64,000 bases of DNA from Scenedesmus sp. PABB004 (Eukaryota), in assembly GCA_014905635.1 (NCBI GenBank), contig CM026547.1, positions 4,464,001-4,528,000 on the forward strand, in the 5' to 3' direction. The translations under genes were made by a program, and so were the position numbers. The notes under the pieces were generated by a model. It was not told the origin of the DNA. It ran no database searches and saw only the letters and a program-made list of their open reading frames with translations. This document shows positions 46,721 through 59,700 of this stretch, piece after piece. Positions within the stretch are counted from its first letter, which is position 1. Every line of letters starts with the position of its first letter.

Positions 46721-49282
46721 ATGGAGGACGCGGCGCTCGGCTGGCGCCTGGTCGGGACCTTCCACAGCATCATCGTCGGCCTACAGCACCACCCCGGCGC
46801 CGTGGACGACGGCGAGGTGCGCCGCGGCCGCCGGCGCCCGCTTCACGCTGCGCCGGCCGCCGGCGCCCGCTTCACGCTGCGCCGGCCGCCGCCCACGCGC
46901 GGCGGCCCCGCTCGCGCCTCGCGCGCGCAGCTGGTCTCGCTTGTGCGGCAGCCGGACAACCCGCATGACTTCAAGTGCGTGCGGCGGGCGCGCGCGCCGG
47001 CCACGCCAGCCGCGCTACCGGCCCGCGCCCGCCGCGCGCGACGCCGTGCCCCCACCCCTTCCCCCGCCGCAGCGCCGTGCGCGTGGACAACCGCGCGGGC
47101 GTGGACGCGGGCTACCTGCCCCGCGAGCTGGCGCGCCAGGTCGCGCCGCTGATCGACGGCGGCGCGCTCCGCGTCGCCGCGGTCATGCCTGGCGGCGGGC
47201 GCACGCAGTTCACGCTGCCGCTCGACGTGTACTGCTTCGCCCCCGCCGCGGCCGCGGGCCGCACGGCGGCCGCGCTGCGGGCGCGGCTCGACCGACTCGG
47301 CATCCGCCTGTCCGCCGCGGGGCCGGGCCTGCGCGCGCCGCCGCTGCCGGCGCCGCAGGTGCCGCAGTGGGCGCCAGCGCACGTGCCGCCCGTGCTGCCG
47401 CTTGACGAGCCGCCGCCACCGCCGCCGCCGGCGCTGGCGCCGCCGGTGCTGGCGCCGGCGCTGGTGCAGCAGCCGCCGCCGGCGCTGGCGCGGCAGCTGC
47501 CCGCGCCGATGCTGGCGCAGCAGCTGCTGCGCAGCGACAGCAAGCGGCCGCTGACGCTGCAGCCAGGCGCCAGGGCAGGGGTGCATCAAGAGCAGCAGCA
47601 CAAGAGGGGCAAGCTGATGGACGGCTGGGCGCCGCCAGGAGCAGCGGCCGCGGCGGCGGCGGCGGTGCAGCCCTCGCCGGCGTCCGAGCGGCCGTCCCGT
47701 CGGCTGCCGCCGCCGCCGCTGCCTGTCAGCGAGCCCCGCAGCTGGGAGCAGCACGGCAGCTTTGTCGGGCGCAGCCTGCCAGTCGCTGGAGCCGGGCAGC
47801 TCGGCGGCGGCGGCGGCGATGATGACCCGGCGGCGGCGGCGGCAGCGGCGGCGGCGGTGCAGCTGTCCCCGGCGCCGCGGCCGCGCCGCCGACTGCCGCC
47901 GGCGCCGTCGCTGCCTGTCGGGCCGGCAGCGGGCCGCGATGGCGTGGCCGGGGCAGGAGGAGCAGCTGCAGCACGTGAGGTGGCGCCGGAGGCGGCGGCA
48001 GCCGAGGCCACGCCGCCGCTGGCGCCCACGGTGGACCGCACTGACGAGCGCGGGCGGCCCTCGCAGCAGCAGCTGCCCTGGCGCTGGCGGGAGCAGGAGG
48101 AGCCCCCGCCGCACTCGCAGCAGCTGCCCTGGCACTGGCAGGAGCAGGAGGAGCGCCCGCAGCACTCGCAGCTGCCGTGGCGATGGCAAGGGGAGCGGCA
48201 GGGGCAGCAGGAGCGGCAAGAGCGGCAGGCGCAGCAGGAGCGGCCGAAGCAGCAGGAGCAGCTGGAGCGGCACCCGAGCGCCGCAGCGGCAGAGCAGGCG
48301 GGCGCTGGCGCCGCCATCGCCCGCGCCGCGCGGCAGCGCGCGCGCGTGGCCACCGCCGCTCGGGCGGCCGCAGCGGCCGCCGCCGCCGCGACGCTGTGGG
48401 GCCTGGCGTCGCTGTCACAGCCGCCGGCGCCGCCGACGCCCCCTCTGAGAGATCCGCTGGACGTCGTCACCGCGCGTCCCGGCAGCCAGCCGCCGAGCCT
48501 CGGGGCGCCGCCCTCGAGTGTGCCCCACGCGCAGCTCGCAGGCCACGCCAGCCTCGGCGGCGGCAGCCTCGGCGGCGGCAGCCTCGGCGGCCAGCCTGGT
48601 CCCAGCGATGCCTGGCAGGGGACGCTGGGCACGCCGCCGGTCGCCGCCCCGCCGCCGCCGCCGTCGTCCGCTGCGCGGCCCCCAGCGCGGGGCGTGTTTG
48701 ACGGCTGCTTTTTCACGACCTGCGCCGAGCTGTGGGGCGAGATGGACATCGCCCACCACCTTGCGCTGGCCACAGTCGTGTGCGGCGCTGCCCGGGCCGC
48801 CGCCGCCGCCGCCGCCGTGGCGTCACTCGCCTGCCCGCGCGGCGCTGCCCACCGCGGCTGCCCGCCCCGCCGGCCGCGCCGCAGGAGGCAGGGCGGTCTC
48901 TTCTTCGAGGGCAGCGCCGGCGGCGCGCAGCCGCCGCCCGACGTCGTCGCCGCCGCGCTCTTCGCGCTCTGCCCCGCGGCCGTGCGCGGCGGGCGTGCGC
49001 GGCGCGCGCTCGTGTGCGACGCCGGCCTCGCGCGCGTGCCCGCGGCCGGCCGGGTCACGGTGCGCGGGCGCGCAGCACAGCGAGCGGCGGCGCCAGCTGG
49101 CGCGACTGTGGGCCAGCGCGGGCCGCTGATCAGTCATGACCGCCGGCCGCGCGCCGACGCCGCGCGCGCGCCTGCAGGTGGCCTGGGTGGACGCGTGCGT
49201 GCGGGCCGGCAGGCTGCTGGACGTGGGCGGGGATTCGAGCTTTGCGCCGACGTACAACGAGAGCATCTGGGCGGCCTCGTGA
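46721..49282 (+). CDS. HIRAN-domain protein with C-terminal BRCT-like domain
   Basis: HIRAN: IVGLQHH..GE|LVSLVRQPDNPHDFN|AVRVDN..GYLPRELA..VAPLID. BRCT-like: GVFDGCFF..GG..RVT|VAWVDACVRAGRLL. TGA at 49280-49282. Confidence 0.75.
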
Positions 49283-49454
49283 GCCCCCGCGCGCGCGGGG
49301 GCCGCCGCGCGGCGGCCGGCGTCTGGCTGCGCACGCTGTCCGCTGGTCACGCGGCGCAGCGCGCTGGGCCCGCGCGGGCGGCGAGTGAACTGGTCGCACG
49401 GCCAGGACCGCGGTTGCAACCCGGGGGCACGCCGCCGCCGCCGCCGCCCACGCG

Positions 49455-51281
49455 TCACGTGCCGTCGTCCTCGTCCAGCGCCTGCACGAACAGCGCGCCC
49501 TGCGGCGCCAGCCCCGCCTCGGCCAGGTCGAGTGCCGCGCCGGAGCGCTCGTACACGCGCTTGGGAAAGGCGCAGACCAGGTGATAGGCGAGGCAGTCAA
49601 AGCAGTGGAGCGAGTCAACCCAGTCAAACAGCGCGCCGACGGTGCTGCCCGGCGGGAAGCGGCGCTGCGCGTTGGCGCCGTCCGGCAGGCGCAGCCGGAT
49701 GGTCGCCGCGCCCTCCGTGCCCGGCGGCGGCTCCGGCGCGAGCGCCGCGGCGGCGCGCTGCCGCCGCGCGGCGACGCTGGCGGCCGCCTGCAGGCGGCGC
49801 GCCTCCGCCGCCTCCGCCTCCGCCCTGCGCGGTGGGCGACGGCGGCGGCGGCGCTCGGCGGGCGCGGCGGGCGCGGCGGGCGCGCTGCCGCCGCTGCGCG
49901 CGCTGCACGCGCCGCGCACCTCGCGCGCGCCTCCTCGGCCGCGCGCGCCGCGGCAACCTCCTCGGCGGCGCGCCGCTCCTCCGCGCGCCGCGCCTCGCGC
50001 TCGCGGTCGGCCGCCAGGGAGGCCTCAAACTCCGCGTTCTGCTCCGCCAGCAGCCGCCGCGACATCTCCTGCGGCGCGGCGCCCAGCCGGCGGCGTCGGC
50101 CCGCGCGCCAGCCGCTGCCGCCGGCGCCGCCGCCGCCGCCCGCCGCCATGCCGTGCGCGCGCGCACCCGCTCCTCGCGCTCCAGGCGCTCCGCGTCGAGC
50201 AGCACGCCGTGCTCCTCCACCGCGCGGCGCAGCGCGCCGAGCAGCTGCTGCGCGCGCAGCGCGCCCTGCGCCGCCACGACGAGCTTTGTGCGCGCGCCGC
50301 TGAACGCGAGCAGCGCGACCGCGGGGTAGGTCGTCACGTTGAGCCGCGCGCTCAGCCCAAACGCGTCGCCCCGCCGCACGTCCCCGCCCCACGCGACAAA
50401 GTGCTGCTCCACGTACGCAACAACGACCGGGTCGCACAGCACGCCGCGCACAAAGGCGTCGGTGTCCTCGTGCTCCGGGCTGTGGAGGTACGCAAAGAGG
50501 AACTTGAACTGTCCGTGCGCTGCCGCCGCGGCGCCGCGCCAGCCGTCGGCGACCCACGCCGGGTGCGCGGGGCCGTAGCGCGCGTCAAAGGCGGCCACAA
50601 ACTCGGCCGCCTGCGCCGCCGGCTCGGGCGGCGCCGACGCGGCGGCGAGCACCGCGCGCGCCGCGCCTGCGCGCGCGGCGGGCGGGCGGTCGGGCGCGGG
50701 TCGGGCGCGGCGCGCGGCGCGCGGGCGCGCGGGCGCGCAGGCCGCCCCCCGGCGGTGCGCCGTTGCCGCACCTCGCGCCGAGCGCATGAAGGCCGCCGGC
50801 AGCACGCGGTCGCCCACGAGCGCGGCGAGCGTGAGCGCGCTGTGCACCACGTGGGCCATCACGCCGACGCCCGCGCTCAGCAGCCGCAGCGGCAGCGCCA
50901 GCAGGCCCCGGGGCTGCGCTGCCGCCACGGCGCGGCGCCGGCGCCCCCGCCCGCCGCGGCGGCGCGCGCCCCGCCGGCGCCGCCGCTGCCGCGGCCGCCG
51001 GGCGGCGGCGCGCGCGGCTCGCCGGGGTGGCTGTCTGCGCGTCGGGCGGGCCGCGGGGGGCGCGGGGGCTCGGCCGGGCGCCGCCGCCCGCCCGGCGCGG
51101 CGGCGGCGGCGGCCGCGCGTGCGCGCGCGTGGGCGCGTGCGGGCGGCGGCGCACCGTAGAACATCTGCACGGCGCTCTCAAAGTTGCCGTGCGTCGCCTC
51201 GAGCAGGAACGCCGCCTGGTCGGCGTCGGCGCCCGTGGTGGACACGAAGCGGGCCACCTGCTCGTCGCTCGCGGCCGCCAT
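49455..51281 (-). CDS. PUX10: UBA-UAS-UBX protein (PUX10/FAF2/UBXD8 family Cdc48 adaptor)
   Basis: UBA-like FVSTTGAD..AAFLLEATHGNFESAVQMFY; hydrophobic hairpin; UAS FKFLFAYLHSPEH..TYPAVALL; coiled coil EQNAEFEASLAADRE; UBX IRLRLPDG..RRF..FPKR..GLAPQGALFV. Confidence 0.88.
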
Positions 51282-52077
51282 GGCGCCCCCCACGCGGCGA
51301 GGCGCTGCGCAGCGCCGCCGCTGCTGCCGCGCGCCGCCGCCGCCGGCGCTGCTGCGGCTGCTGCTGCCTGCACTGCTGCGCACTGCTGCGGGCGTGTGCA
51401 GGGCGCGCTTCGGCAGGCGGGAGGCCCCGGGCCTGCGCTGCAGGGGGGCGTCCGCGGGCAGTGATGGCCTGGGGCCGCGCCCTGGGGCAGCGCCTGGTGC
51501 GCCGGTGTGGCCGAAGGGCGGAGACTTGCGGCGAGGCGGAGAGGGGTCGCGGCCTGCGGTCTGCGCGTGGCCCGCGGGGTGCGGCATCGAGCTTTTGCGG
51601 TCCAGGCCGGTGCAGGGCCCTCGCCGAGGCCCGCCGGCCGCTCCAGGCGCTGCGCCCGTCGACGCTGCCGCACACACCCGCGCGCGCAGCCGTCGCCCCG
51701 GCCCCTGCTGCTCGGCGGGTGCTGGTCTGGCGCGCCACCGCTGCCCGCGCTTGATCGCGGCGCCCACGGGCCGCGGCTCCCCCGTCCAGCCTTCCAGGCG
51801 CTGCAGCTGAACCAACTCTGCGCCCGCCCAGGCGCGCAGACGGCCCCGCCGCTCCGGCGCGGCGCGACAGCAGCGGCGGCGCCGCGAGCGGGCGCGCCCC
51901 CGGCGCGCCGCGCCCGGCCGCCGGCGCCGCCCGCTCCTGACGCACGCCGCTCCGCCGCCGCCGCAGGGTGCCGCGGCGCAGCGCGGGCGCGCCGGCAGGG
52001 GCCCGGCCAGCGAGCAGCTGGAGCGAGCGAGCGGCGGCGCTGATGGTCGGCCAAGCCGCCGCGTGAGCCGGAGCACG

Positions 52078-54891
52078 ATGTCGCAGGTGCATGCGCGCGC
52101 GCGCAGGCGCAGGGCTGCGTGTGTGTGGGAGGGAGGCGGGCGGGGTGGTGCTGTGGAGTCGCTGGCCGGCAGCGGCGCGCGCTGACCGCGGCCCGCCGCT
52201 CGTTGCAGGAGGAGGAGCGCGAGGTGTCGAGCGCGTCGGAGGAGGCGGAGGAGGAGGGCGAGGACGTGTCCATGGGTGAGCGCGCGCCTGGGGCGGCGGC
52301 GCCAGCAGCAAGCAGCGCCGATCGCAGCGCCGGCGGCGGCGCAGTGGCAGGTGTGCTCACGCGCGCCGCGCCCCCGCCGCCGCGGCCGCTGCTGCAGAGT
52401 CGGAGGACGACGCGGACGAGGGCGCCGCGGCGTCGTCGTCCGGCGACGAAGACGCGGTGCGTGGCACACGAGTGCCGGGCGCGGCGTGCCCGGGGGCGGC
52501 CGCGCCTGCCCTCGTGCGCGTCCCTGCGCCCGCGGCCGCCGCCCCAGGCCCGCCGCCCGCGCACCGCTCGCAGGACTCGGACACCGACAGCGAGGGCGAG
52601 GACGGCGAGGACGGCGAGGACGACGGCGGCGACGGCGCCGGCGAGGGCGAGGAGGGCGGCAGCCCCAAGCCCCGCCGCGGCGGCGGGCGCGGCAAGCGCG
52701 GCGACGGCGACGTGCTGCGCCTGCACCGCCGCACGGCCAAGGCGGTGCCGCAGGAGCGCGAGCGCCTCGACGGCGCGGCGGAGCTGCCCAACACCAAGCC
52801 CATGATGGAGCTCAAAGCCGGCAGCAACATCTGGTACCAGGCCTACGTGCTCAAGGAGTCCATCAACGAGGCCAAGGTCCGCTTCCCAGGTGCGCCGACG
52901 CGCCGCCGGTGCACGCGGGCGCGGGGGGTGCGGACCGGCGGCGTGGGGGTGGGCGCCGCGGCTGCGTGCGCCGCGGCGCGGCGACCTGAGCGGCCCGCCG
53001 CGGCACCGCGCGCGCAGACCCCGACGGCCGGCGCGCCGACCTGCTGCGCACGTGGGTGAGCAAGTCGTCGTCCCGCATCTGGCGCGGCTCCTACGCGCAC
53101 GGCGACTGGCAGTTCCTGGGCAAGGGCGCGTGGAAGCCGCGCCAAAAGCCCAAGCGCAGCGTGCGCGGCGGCGGCAGCCAGCGGCGCGGCACGGGCGCCG
53201 GCGGCGCCGGCGGCGCCGGCGGCGGCGCCGGCGGCAGCCAGCGGCGCAGGCGCGCGACGCGCAGCGACGGCGCTGTGCCGCACAAGCGCCCGCGCGGCGA
53301 GCGGCGAGGTGCGCCGCGCCGCGCGGCGCGCCCGGGCGGGCGAGGGCGGGGCGGGGGTGGCCTCAGGGGCGCAGCCGCCGGCGCCGTCCCGCGCTTCTCT
53401 GCCCTGCCCGCTCACGCCTGCTGGACCGCCCCGCGCGCGCAGACGGCGAGGACGAGGGGGAGGAGGAGGACGAGGACGAGCAGGAGCGCTCGTCCGACGC
53501 CGACTCGGCCAGCAGCAGCGACGCCGGCGCCGGCGCAGAGACGACGAGCGCCAAGCGCCCGCAGCCGCACGGCAAGCAGCACACTGCGGCGCTGCAGCAG
53601 GAGCAGCAGGAGCTCGCGGCGCGCAAGGCGCTCAGCGCGCCGCAGATGGCGCGCCCACAGCCGCTGGCGCAGCGCGACGGCAGGCCCGCCGCCGCCGGCG
53701 GCGAGGAGGGGCACCGCCGCTCGGCGGCGGCCGCCGTGGCCAAGGGCAAGGAGCGCGCCAAGGAGGCCGCGGGCTCTGAGGGCGGCTCGCCGGGGCGCCA
53801 CGTCAGCCCGCGGCCGCCCGCCAAGCAGCCCGCGCGCGTCGGGGACGGACCCAAGGCGCCGCGGCCGCAGGCGCCCGGCGCCGGCAAGGGCAGCGCGCCC
53901 GCCGCGGCAGCGCCCGGCAAGCAGCGACCCGGGCGGCCCAAGGAGGGCGGCGAGGCGCCGCGCCCGTCTGGCGGCGGAGCCGCGCGGCCGCGCAAGCAGC
54001 AGCAGCCCGGCGCAGGGCGGGGCGGCGGCGCCGGCGCCGGGCGCGGCCGCGAGGGCAGCCGGCCGCCCGCCGCGGCGAGCAGCGAGCGCTCGGGCGAGGA
54101 GCGCGGCGGCGCGGCGAGCGACGGCGAGGCCACCAGTGCACGGAGCGCGCACAGCGATCTCCTGGAGGGGCTGCATGCAGGTGGGCCTCGCCGCGTGCTC
54201 CGGGGGCCAGCGCTGTCTGGCTGCGTCGCTGCGTGCGCGCATGCCCGCCGCGCGCCCCGCCCGCCCGCCGCCGCCCGCCCACCGCCACGCCCCGGGGACG
54301 CCGCCGCGCAGACGGCGAGCTGGCAGAGCGCTGCCAGAGCAGCCAGGACCTGTCAGACCCGCTCGCACACTGGTTTGAGCTTCACTACTGCCTGCTCGCG
54401 CAGCGCGGCCAGCTCGCGGCCCCCGGCGCGCGCCTGCCGGGCGGCAACCTGGAGGCGGGGCGGCTGCCGCAGGGCTTCAGCCCCTGGGACCCCGCGTCGC
54501 GCGGTGCGGCGCCCAGGTCGGCGATGCAGGCGCAGGCGCGCAGCATCCTTCTGGCGTTGCCCGCGCCGGACGGGGGCGGCGACGGCGGCGGCGCCGGCGC
54601 CGGCGCCGGCGCCGGCGGCGCAGGGGGCGAGCCCGGCGCCGCCCGCCGCGCGCCGGAGCCCGGCGCCGCCGCTGGCGCCAAGCGGCCGGGCGCGCAGGCG
54701 GCGCCGGCAGAGCCCGCCGCCAAGCGCAGCCGGCCGTCGGTGTCGGACGCAGCACAGCAGGACACCGGCGGCAGGCCGGCCGGCGGCGGCGGCGGCGGGG
54801 GTCCCTCCCACCGGCGCGCGCTGGTGCTCAGCAGCGAGTCCGATGACGACGAGGGCGACGCGGCCATGCCAGATGCGCCGACAGCGGTCGC

Positions 54892-54935
<44 letters not shown>

Positions 54936-56589
54936 TCAGGACGGGCAGTGGCGGGGGCGCGGCAGACCGCGCAGCCCCCGCCGTGCAGCAGCAGCAGCAG
55001 GGCCAGGCGCAGTCAGCGACGGCGCAGCGGCCGCCGGGCAGCGCGGCCGGCAAGGGCGAGGCGCCGGGCAGCGCCAGCAAGCAGGGCAAGCCCGCGGCGC
55101 CGCTCAGCGGCAGCGGCGCCGCCGCCGCAGGAAAGCCGGCGCGACCCGTTGACGGCAGTGAGGGTGGCGCGGGGCACACCAGCAGCAGCTGGCAGCCGCA
55201 CCCGCCCGCGCAGCGCGGTGCCGGTGCCCCCGCCAAGCCGGCTGGCGGCCGCACACCTGGCGCCGGCGGCGCGAAGCCGGCTGCTGCGCCGGGCAGCGGC
55301 GTGCAGCGGCCCGCCGCGCCTGGCTGCGTGGCATCGCCCGGCGGCGCAGCCAAGGCCACGGCCGGCGGCTCCGGTGGCGGCGACAGGCCAGCCGGCCCCG
55401 CTGCCGCCGGCGGCGGCGCAGTGCCGCAAGGCAGCGACAGGGCGCCCCCTGCGGGCGGCAGCCCCGGCAAGGCACCGCCCAGCAGGGCCGGCGACAGGGG
55501 CGGCGCTGGCGGCCTGCTCAAGGCGGCGGTGGCGGGCAGCGCTGCGGCGGCTGCCGCGGCGGCGGCGGCGGGCGCGCAGCGGGCCGGCGCCGGCACGGCG
55601 CTCCGGCCCGCGCTGGCGGGGCACGAGCCGTCCGCGAGCTGCAACAGCAGGAGCGACGGGCCGGACGCTGCCGGGGGCGAGCAGCGGGTGAAGGCCATCA
55701 CTTCGGGGCGGAGCCCGGGCCCTGCGCCCACGCCCCGGAGCAGCAGCGGCGGCGGCGCTGCGGACGGCGCGCACGCGCAGCGCCAGCAGCAGGCGGCCGC
55801 CGCCGCCGGCGGCGGCGGCGGCAGCGCCGGCCAGCCCGACGCGCGGCGGCCGTCGCCCCCCGCAGCGCCGGGGCCGCCTGGCGCCGGGCGGCCGCTGCCC
55901 GGGGCGACGCCGGGTGAGGCAGCTGAGCAGCTCCTGTCGACGGCCGCCCGGCCGCCGCACAGGCCGCCGCGGCCCTCGCCCCGCGCGTCGCCGCAGGGCT
56001 CCCCGCGCGCCAGCCCGCTGCGGGAAGGCAGCAGCGACGCGCCGGGCGACCGCGCCGGCGGCGACCACGCGCGCGGGCCGCCCAAGCCGGCCGCCGGCGC
56101 GCACGAGGGCCTGCAGCCGCGCAACAGCAGCAACGTGGCGGCCTTTTTCGGCAGCCTCGCGGCAGCCGGCGCCGGCAGCGCGCGCGGCCCGCTGGCCGGC
56201 GCCGGCGGCGCGGGCGCACCCCCGCCGCCCGTGGACGGCGTGGCGGCGCTGTCGGCCGCCGCGGCGCGGCTGCCGCGCACCAGCGCATCGCCGCCGCCGC
56301 GCGCCGCCGCCGCCGCCGCCGGCCGTGGCGCGCAAGGACGAGCCGCCGGAGCAGCCGCAGCGGCAGCGCCTGCCCAGCCCCGCGTCGCCGCCAGCCATTG
56401 GCGCGAGCGCTGGCAACGGCGCCGGCGGCGGGCAGCTGCCGAGCGCGCGCGCGCGGCACCGGCACTGCGAGCCCCGCGCCGCACCGCGGCTCGGCCGGCC
56501 CGGACGGTGCCGGCTCGGGCGGGTGGCGGTCGTCGCCTTCTTGGAACCCCAAGAAGGCGCTCCTGGGCGCCAGCCGGTCGTGGGAGTGA
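52078..56589 (+). CDS. Large low-complexity putative nuclear protein with possible Tudor/Agenet-like domain; C-terminal end uncertain
   Basis: In-frame spliced acidic exons; globular block MMELKAGSNIWYQAYVLKESINEAKVRFP|DPDGRRADLLRTWVSKSSSRIWRGSYAHGDWQFLGKGAWKP; second block DPLAHWFELHYCLL..LPQGFSPWDP; basic NLS-like stretches. Confidence 0.65.
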
Positions 56590-56790
56590 GGCGGCGGCGG
56601 TTGCTAGGCGTGCGGCTGGGCGCGAGGGATCGAATGGCTGGGCTCAGTGGCGGGGTTCAGAGGGGCTGCACCGCGTGCAAGCGCGCGTTGTGCGAGTGCG
56701 ACTGCGTGCCGCAGCTCACTCGCAAAGCAACTCAACTCTGCGCGCCCAGAACACAACTCTCGGGCAGCCGCTGCGCCTCGCGCCACCCCG

Positions 56791-59700
56791 TCACGACGCC
56801 TCGGCCCGGTCAGTCGCCATCGCACCCCGACCGGCTGCCGCCGCCGCGGCCACCGCCGGCTCTGCCGCCGCTGCCTGCAGCATCAGCAGCAGCTGCTGCT
56901 GCCGCAGCTGCGCCTGCGGCCGCGGCCGCGACTCCAGCTGCTGCCGCGGCTGCTCCTGCTCCAGCTCCTGCGGCTGCCGCTGCAGCTCCAGCCGCTGCCG
57001 CTGCAGCTGGGGCTGCTGCTGCGCCTCGTCCGCGTGACCCACGCCCTGCACAGCAGGGCCGCGCTGGCGCGCCGCCGGGTGCGCCCGGCCGGCGCCCGCA
57101 GCCTCCGCAGCGGTGCCGGCCACCGCGGCGCCGGCCGCGCCAGCGCCGGCCTCCTCCGCAGCGCAGCGGGCCGCCGCGGCGGCGGCTTTGGCTGCCGCCA
57201 CGGCGCCCTCGATCGCCCCCGTTGGCTCCGCGTGCACGCCCACGCCCAGCAGCGACGCCACGTTCGCCTGGTGCGCGCCCACGGCCGTGATCATTTCCAT
57301 CAGCGAACGCTGCCACACCGCGTGGCGCGCGTCTGCCGCCGCCGCGCTGGTCAGCGGGCCCATCACCGCGCCCGCCAGCGGCGTGAGCACGTGCGCCAGC
57401 AGCAGCAGCTGGCGCTGCGCGGCGCCGTGCAGCTTGTGCAGCCGCACGCCGACGCGCGCGAGCGCGGCAGCGCCGAACGGCCCGTCCGCCGCTGGCGCGC
57501 CGCCGCCGGCGGGGGCGGACAGGCGGTTGGGTTGGACGAGGGTCTCAATGCGCTTCAGCTCCACCTGCAGTGCCCCCCGGCACATGACCGCGGCGGCGGC
57601 GAGTCCTCGCGCCGCCGCGAGCACCCGGGCCCCTCCCGGAGCGTCCGGCGCCCAGAGCTGCTGCTCGAGCGCGCAAAGCTGCAGGTGGAGGCCCTGCGAG
57701 TGGAGCTTGAGGCCCTGGACCAGCAGGTACATGGCTCCGATGCTCGCCGGGCAAACGGCAGGGTTTTGCTGCGCCGGCGCTCCCGCCACGCCGGCTGGCG
57801 GCGGCACGCGCGGCGCCGGCGGGGCCTGCTGCGCTGCCTGCTGCGCTGCCCGCAGAGCCGCCCGCTGGGCCGACCGTTGTGCCTCCAGCTGGGCCGCCAG
57901 CTGCGCCGACCGCTGTGCCTCCAGCTGGGCCGCCAGCTGCGCCGACCGCCGGGCCGCCTGCCGCTGTGCCGCCGCGCGCACGGCCGCAGCCGCCTGCCGC
58001 TGCTGTGCCTGCTGCTGCTCTGGCAGAGCCTGCTGTGCCGCCGAGCCGAAGGCTGCCGGCGGCGGCGGCGCCAGAGGCGGCTCCAGCCGGAACGCGTGCT
58101 GCGCGCCCTGCGGGGCCCGGCCGGCGATCAGGTGCCGCACGAAGCTGCCTTGCTCGGGCGCCGGGCCCGGCGTGCTCGTTGGGCGCCAGGAGCTCGGCAG
58201 CTGCTGCCAGCCGCCGCTCCCGAGCTCAAAGCGCAGGCTCCCGGCCGGGCCCGGGCCGCGGCGCGCCCGGGAGCGGCGCGCCCGCGGCCCCGGCTGCTGC
58301 CGCCGGCAATGCGCAGCGCGCCGGACGCGCCCAGCGCGCCGGGCGCGCCCAGCGCGCCGGGTGTGCCTCGCCCGCCGCTGCGGTCGCGGCCGCGGCCGCG
58401 CGGCGCCGGTGCTGCGCGCACTGACTGCGCGTGCAGCACCTCCAGCCGCCGCAGCGCGTCCGCACGCGGCGCCAGGTGGCGCTGCGCGCGCGTCGCCCGC
58501 GGGGCGACGCTCACAGGCACGCCGGCCGCGGCCAGCGCGCGCGTGCCGGCCTCCGCGCCAGCGCTCGGCGGCGCCGCGGCGCGAACGCCGCGGCGTTTTC
58601 GCACGCCCCAGACGGGCAGCCGCGGCGAGCCAGCCGCCGGCTGCGGCGCGGGCGCGGGCGGGCTGCGCTGCGCGGGCGGGGGCACGTGCTGCTGCGCGAG
58701 CTGGAGCCCGCGGCGCCACTTCAAGGGCGCCGCCCTGGGCACGTGGCCGCTGATGCGGGGCCGAATCCACTTCTGCAGCAGCTTGACGCTGTGGCGCGCG
58801 GAGTCTGCAGGCAGGCGGGGGAGGGGCGGAAGGGGGGCGTCCGTCAGCGGCGCGGGCCTCCGCCGCGCTGCCCGGCAGAGGTGAGCAGGCGCCGCGCGCT
58901 GGTCGTCGGCGGCCGCGCGGCGCGGAGAGCGGTTGGCGCGGCGTCGCACCCGGCAGCCACGTGGCGTCAGGCAGGCGCTCGCCCGCATAGAAGCGCAGCG
59001 GGAGGTTCAGCACCGGCCGCTTGCGCAGCAGTGGCGCGAGGCCCAGTGCGGCGCGGTCGTGCGCAAACGCGGCGGCTTGCGCTGTGCTGAAGCGGCCCAG
59101 CAGCAGCACTGCGGGCGGGCGCGGGCGGACGTCGTGAGGGCGCAGCGCTGCTGCAGGCCACGGGCGGCGCGCCGCCGCCCGCCCGCCCCCCCCCCCCCCA
59201 CCCCCCCCACGCGCACACACGCACACACACGCGGGCCCCAGCCACTCTCGCGCGCGCCGCCGCACCTCCCACGCGCGGCACCTCCAGCAACGACTCGAAG
59301 CAGCTGCTGACAGCGCGCGCGGGGTTGAAGGCCACGCCCTCAAACTCTGCCGCGGCCCGCTCGCCGGCGGCGTGCGCGTGCGCGTCGCCGGCGGCGCTGC
59401 CCGCGCCCCCGCCCGTGCCGGCCGAGGCGCGGCGCGAGCGGAGCACCGGGCCCGGCGCCGGCGAGCCGCCGGCGGCGGCGAGCGGGCCAAAGCCGGACAG
59501 CAGCACCGCGGCCGCCTCACGCATCGCGTCCTCCTGTGCCTGCTCCTCGGCGGCCCTGTGGCGCTGCAGCAGCGAGCCGCCGCGCTGCCGCCAGCCCGCC
59601 CGCGCCGCGAGCACGAGCGACGCCGCGGCGCCGCGCGCGCCGCTGCCCTGCCGCAGGGAGCCGCGCGTCCGCCAGACCCGCCGCTGCAGGCGGTCGCTGG

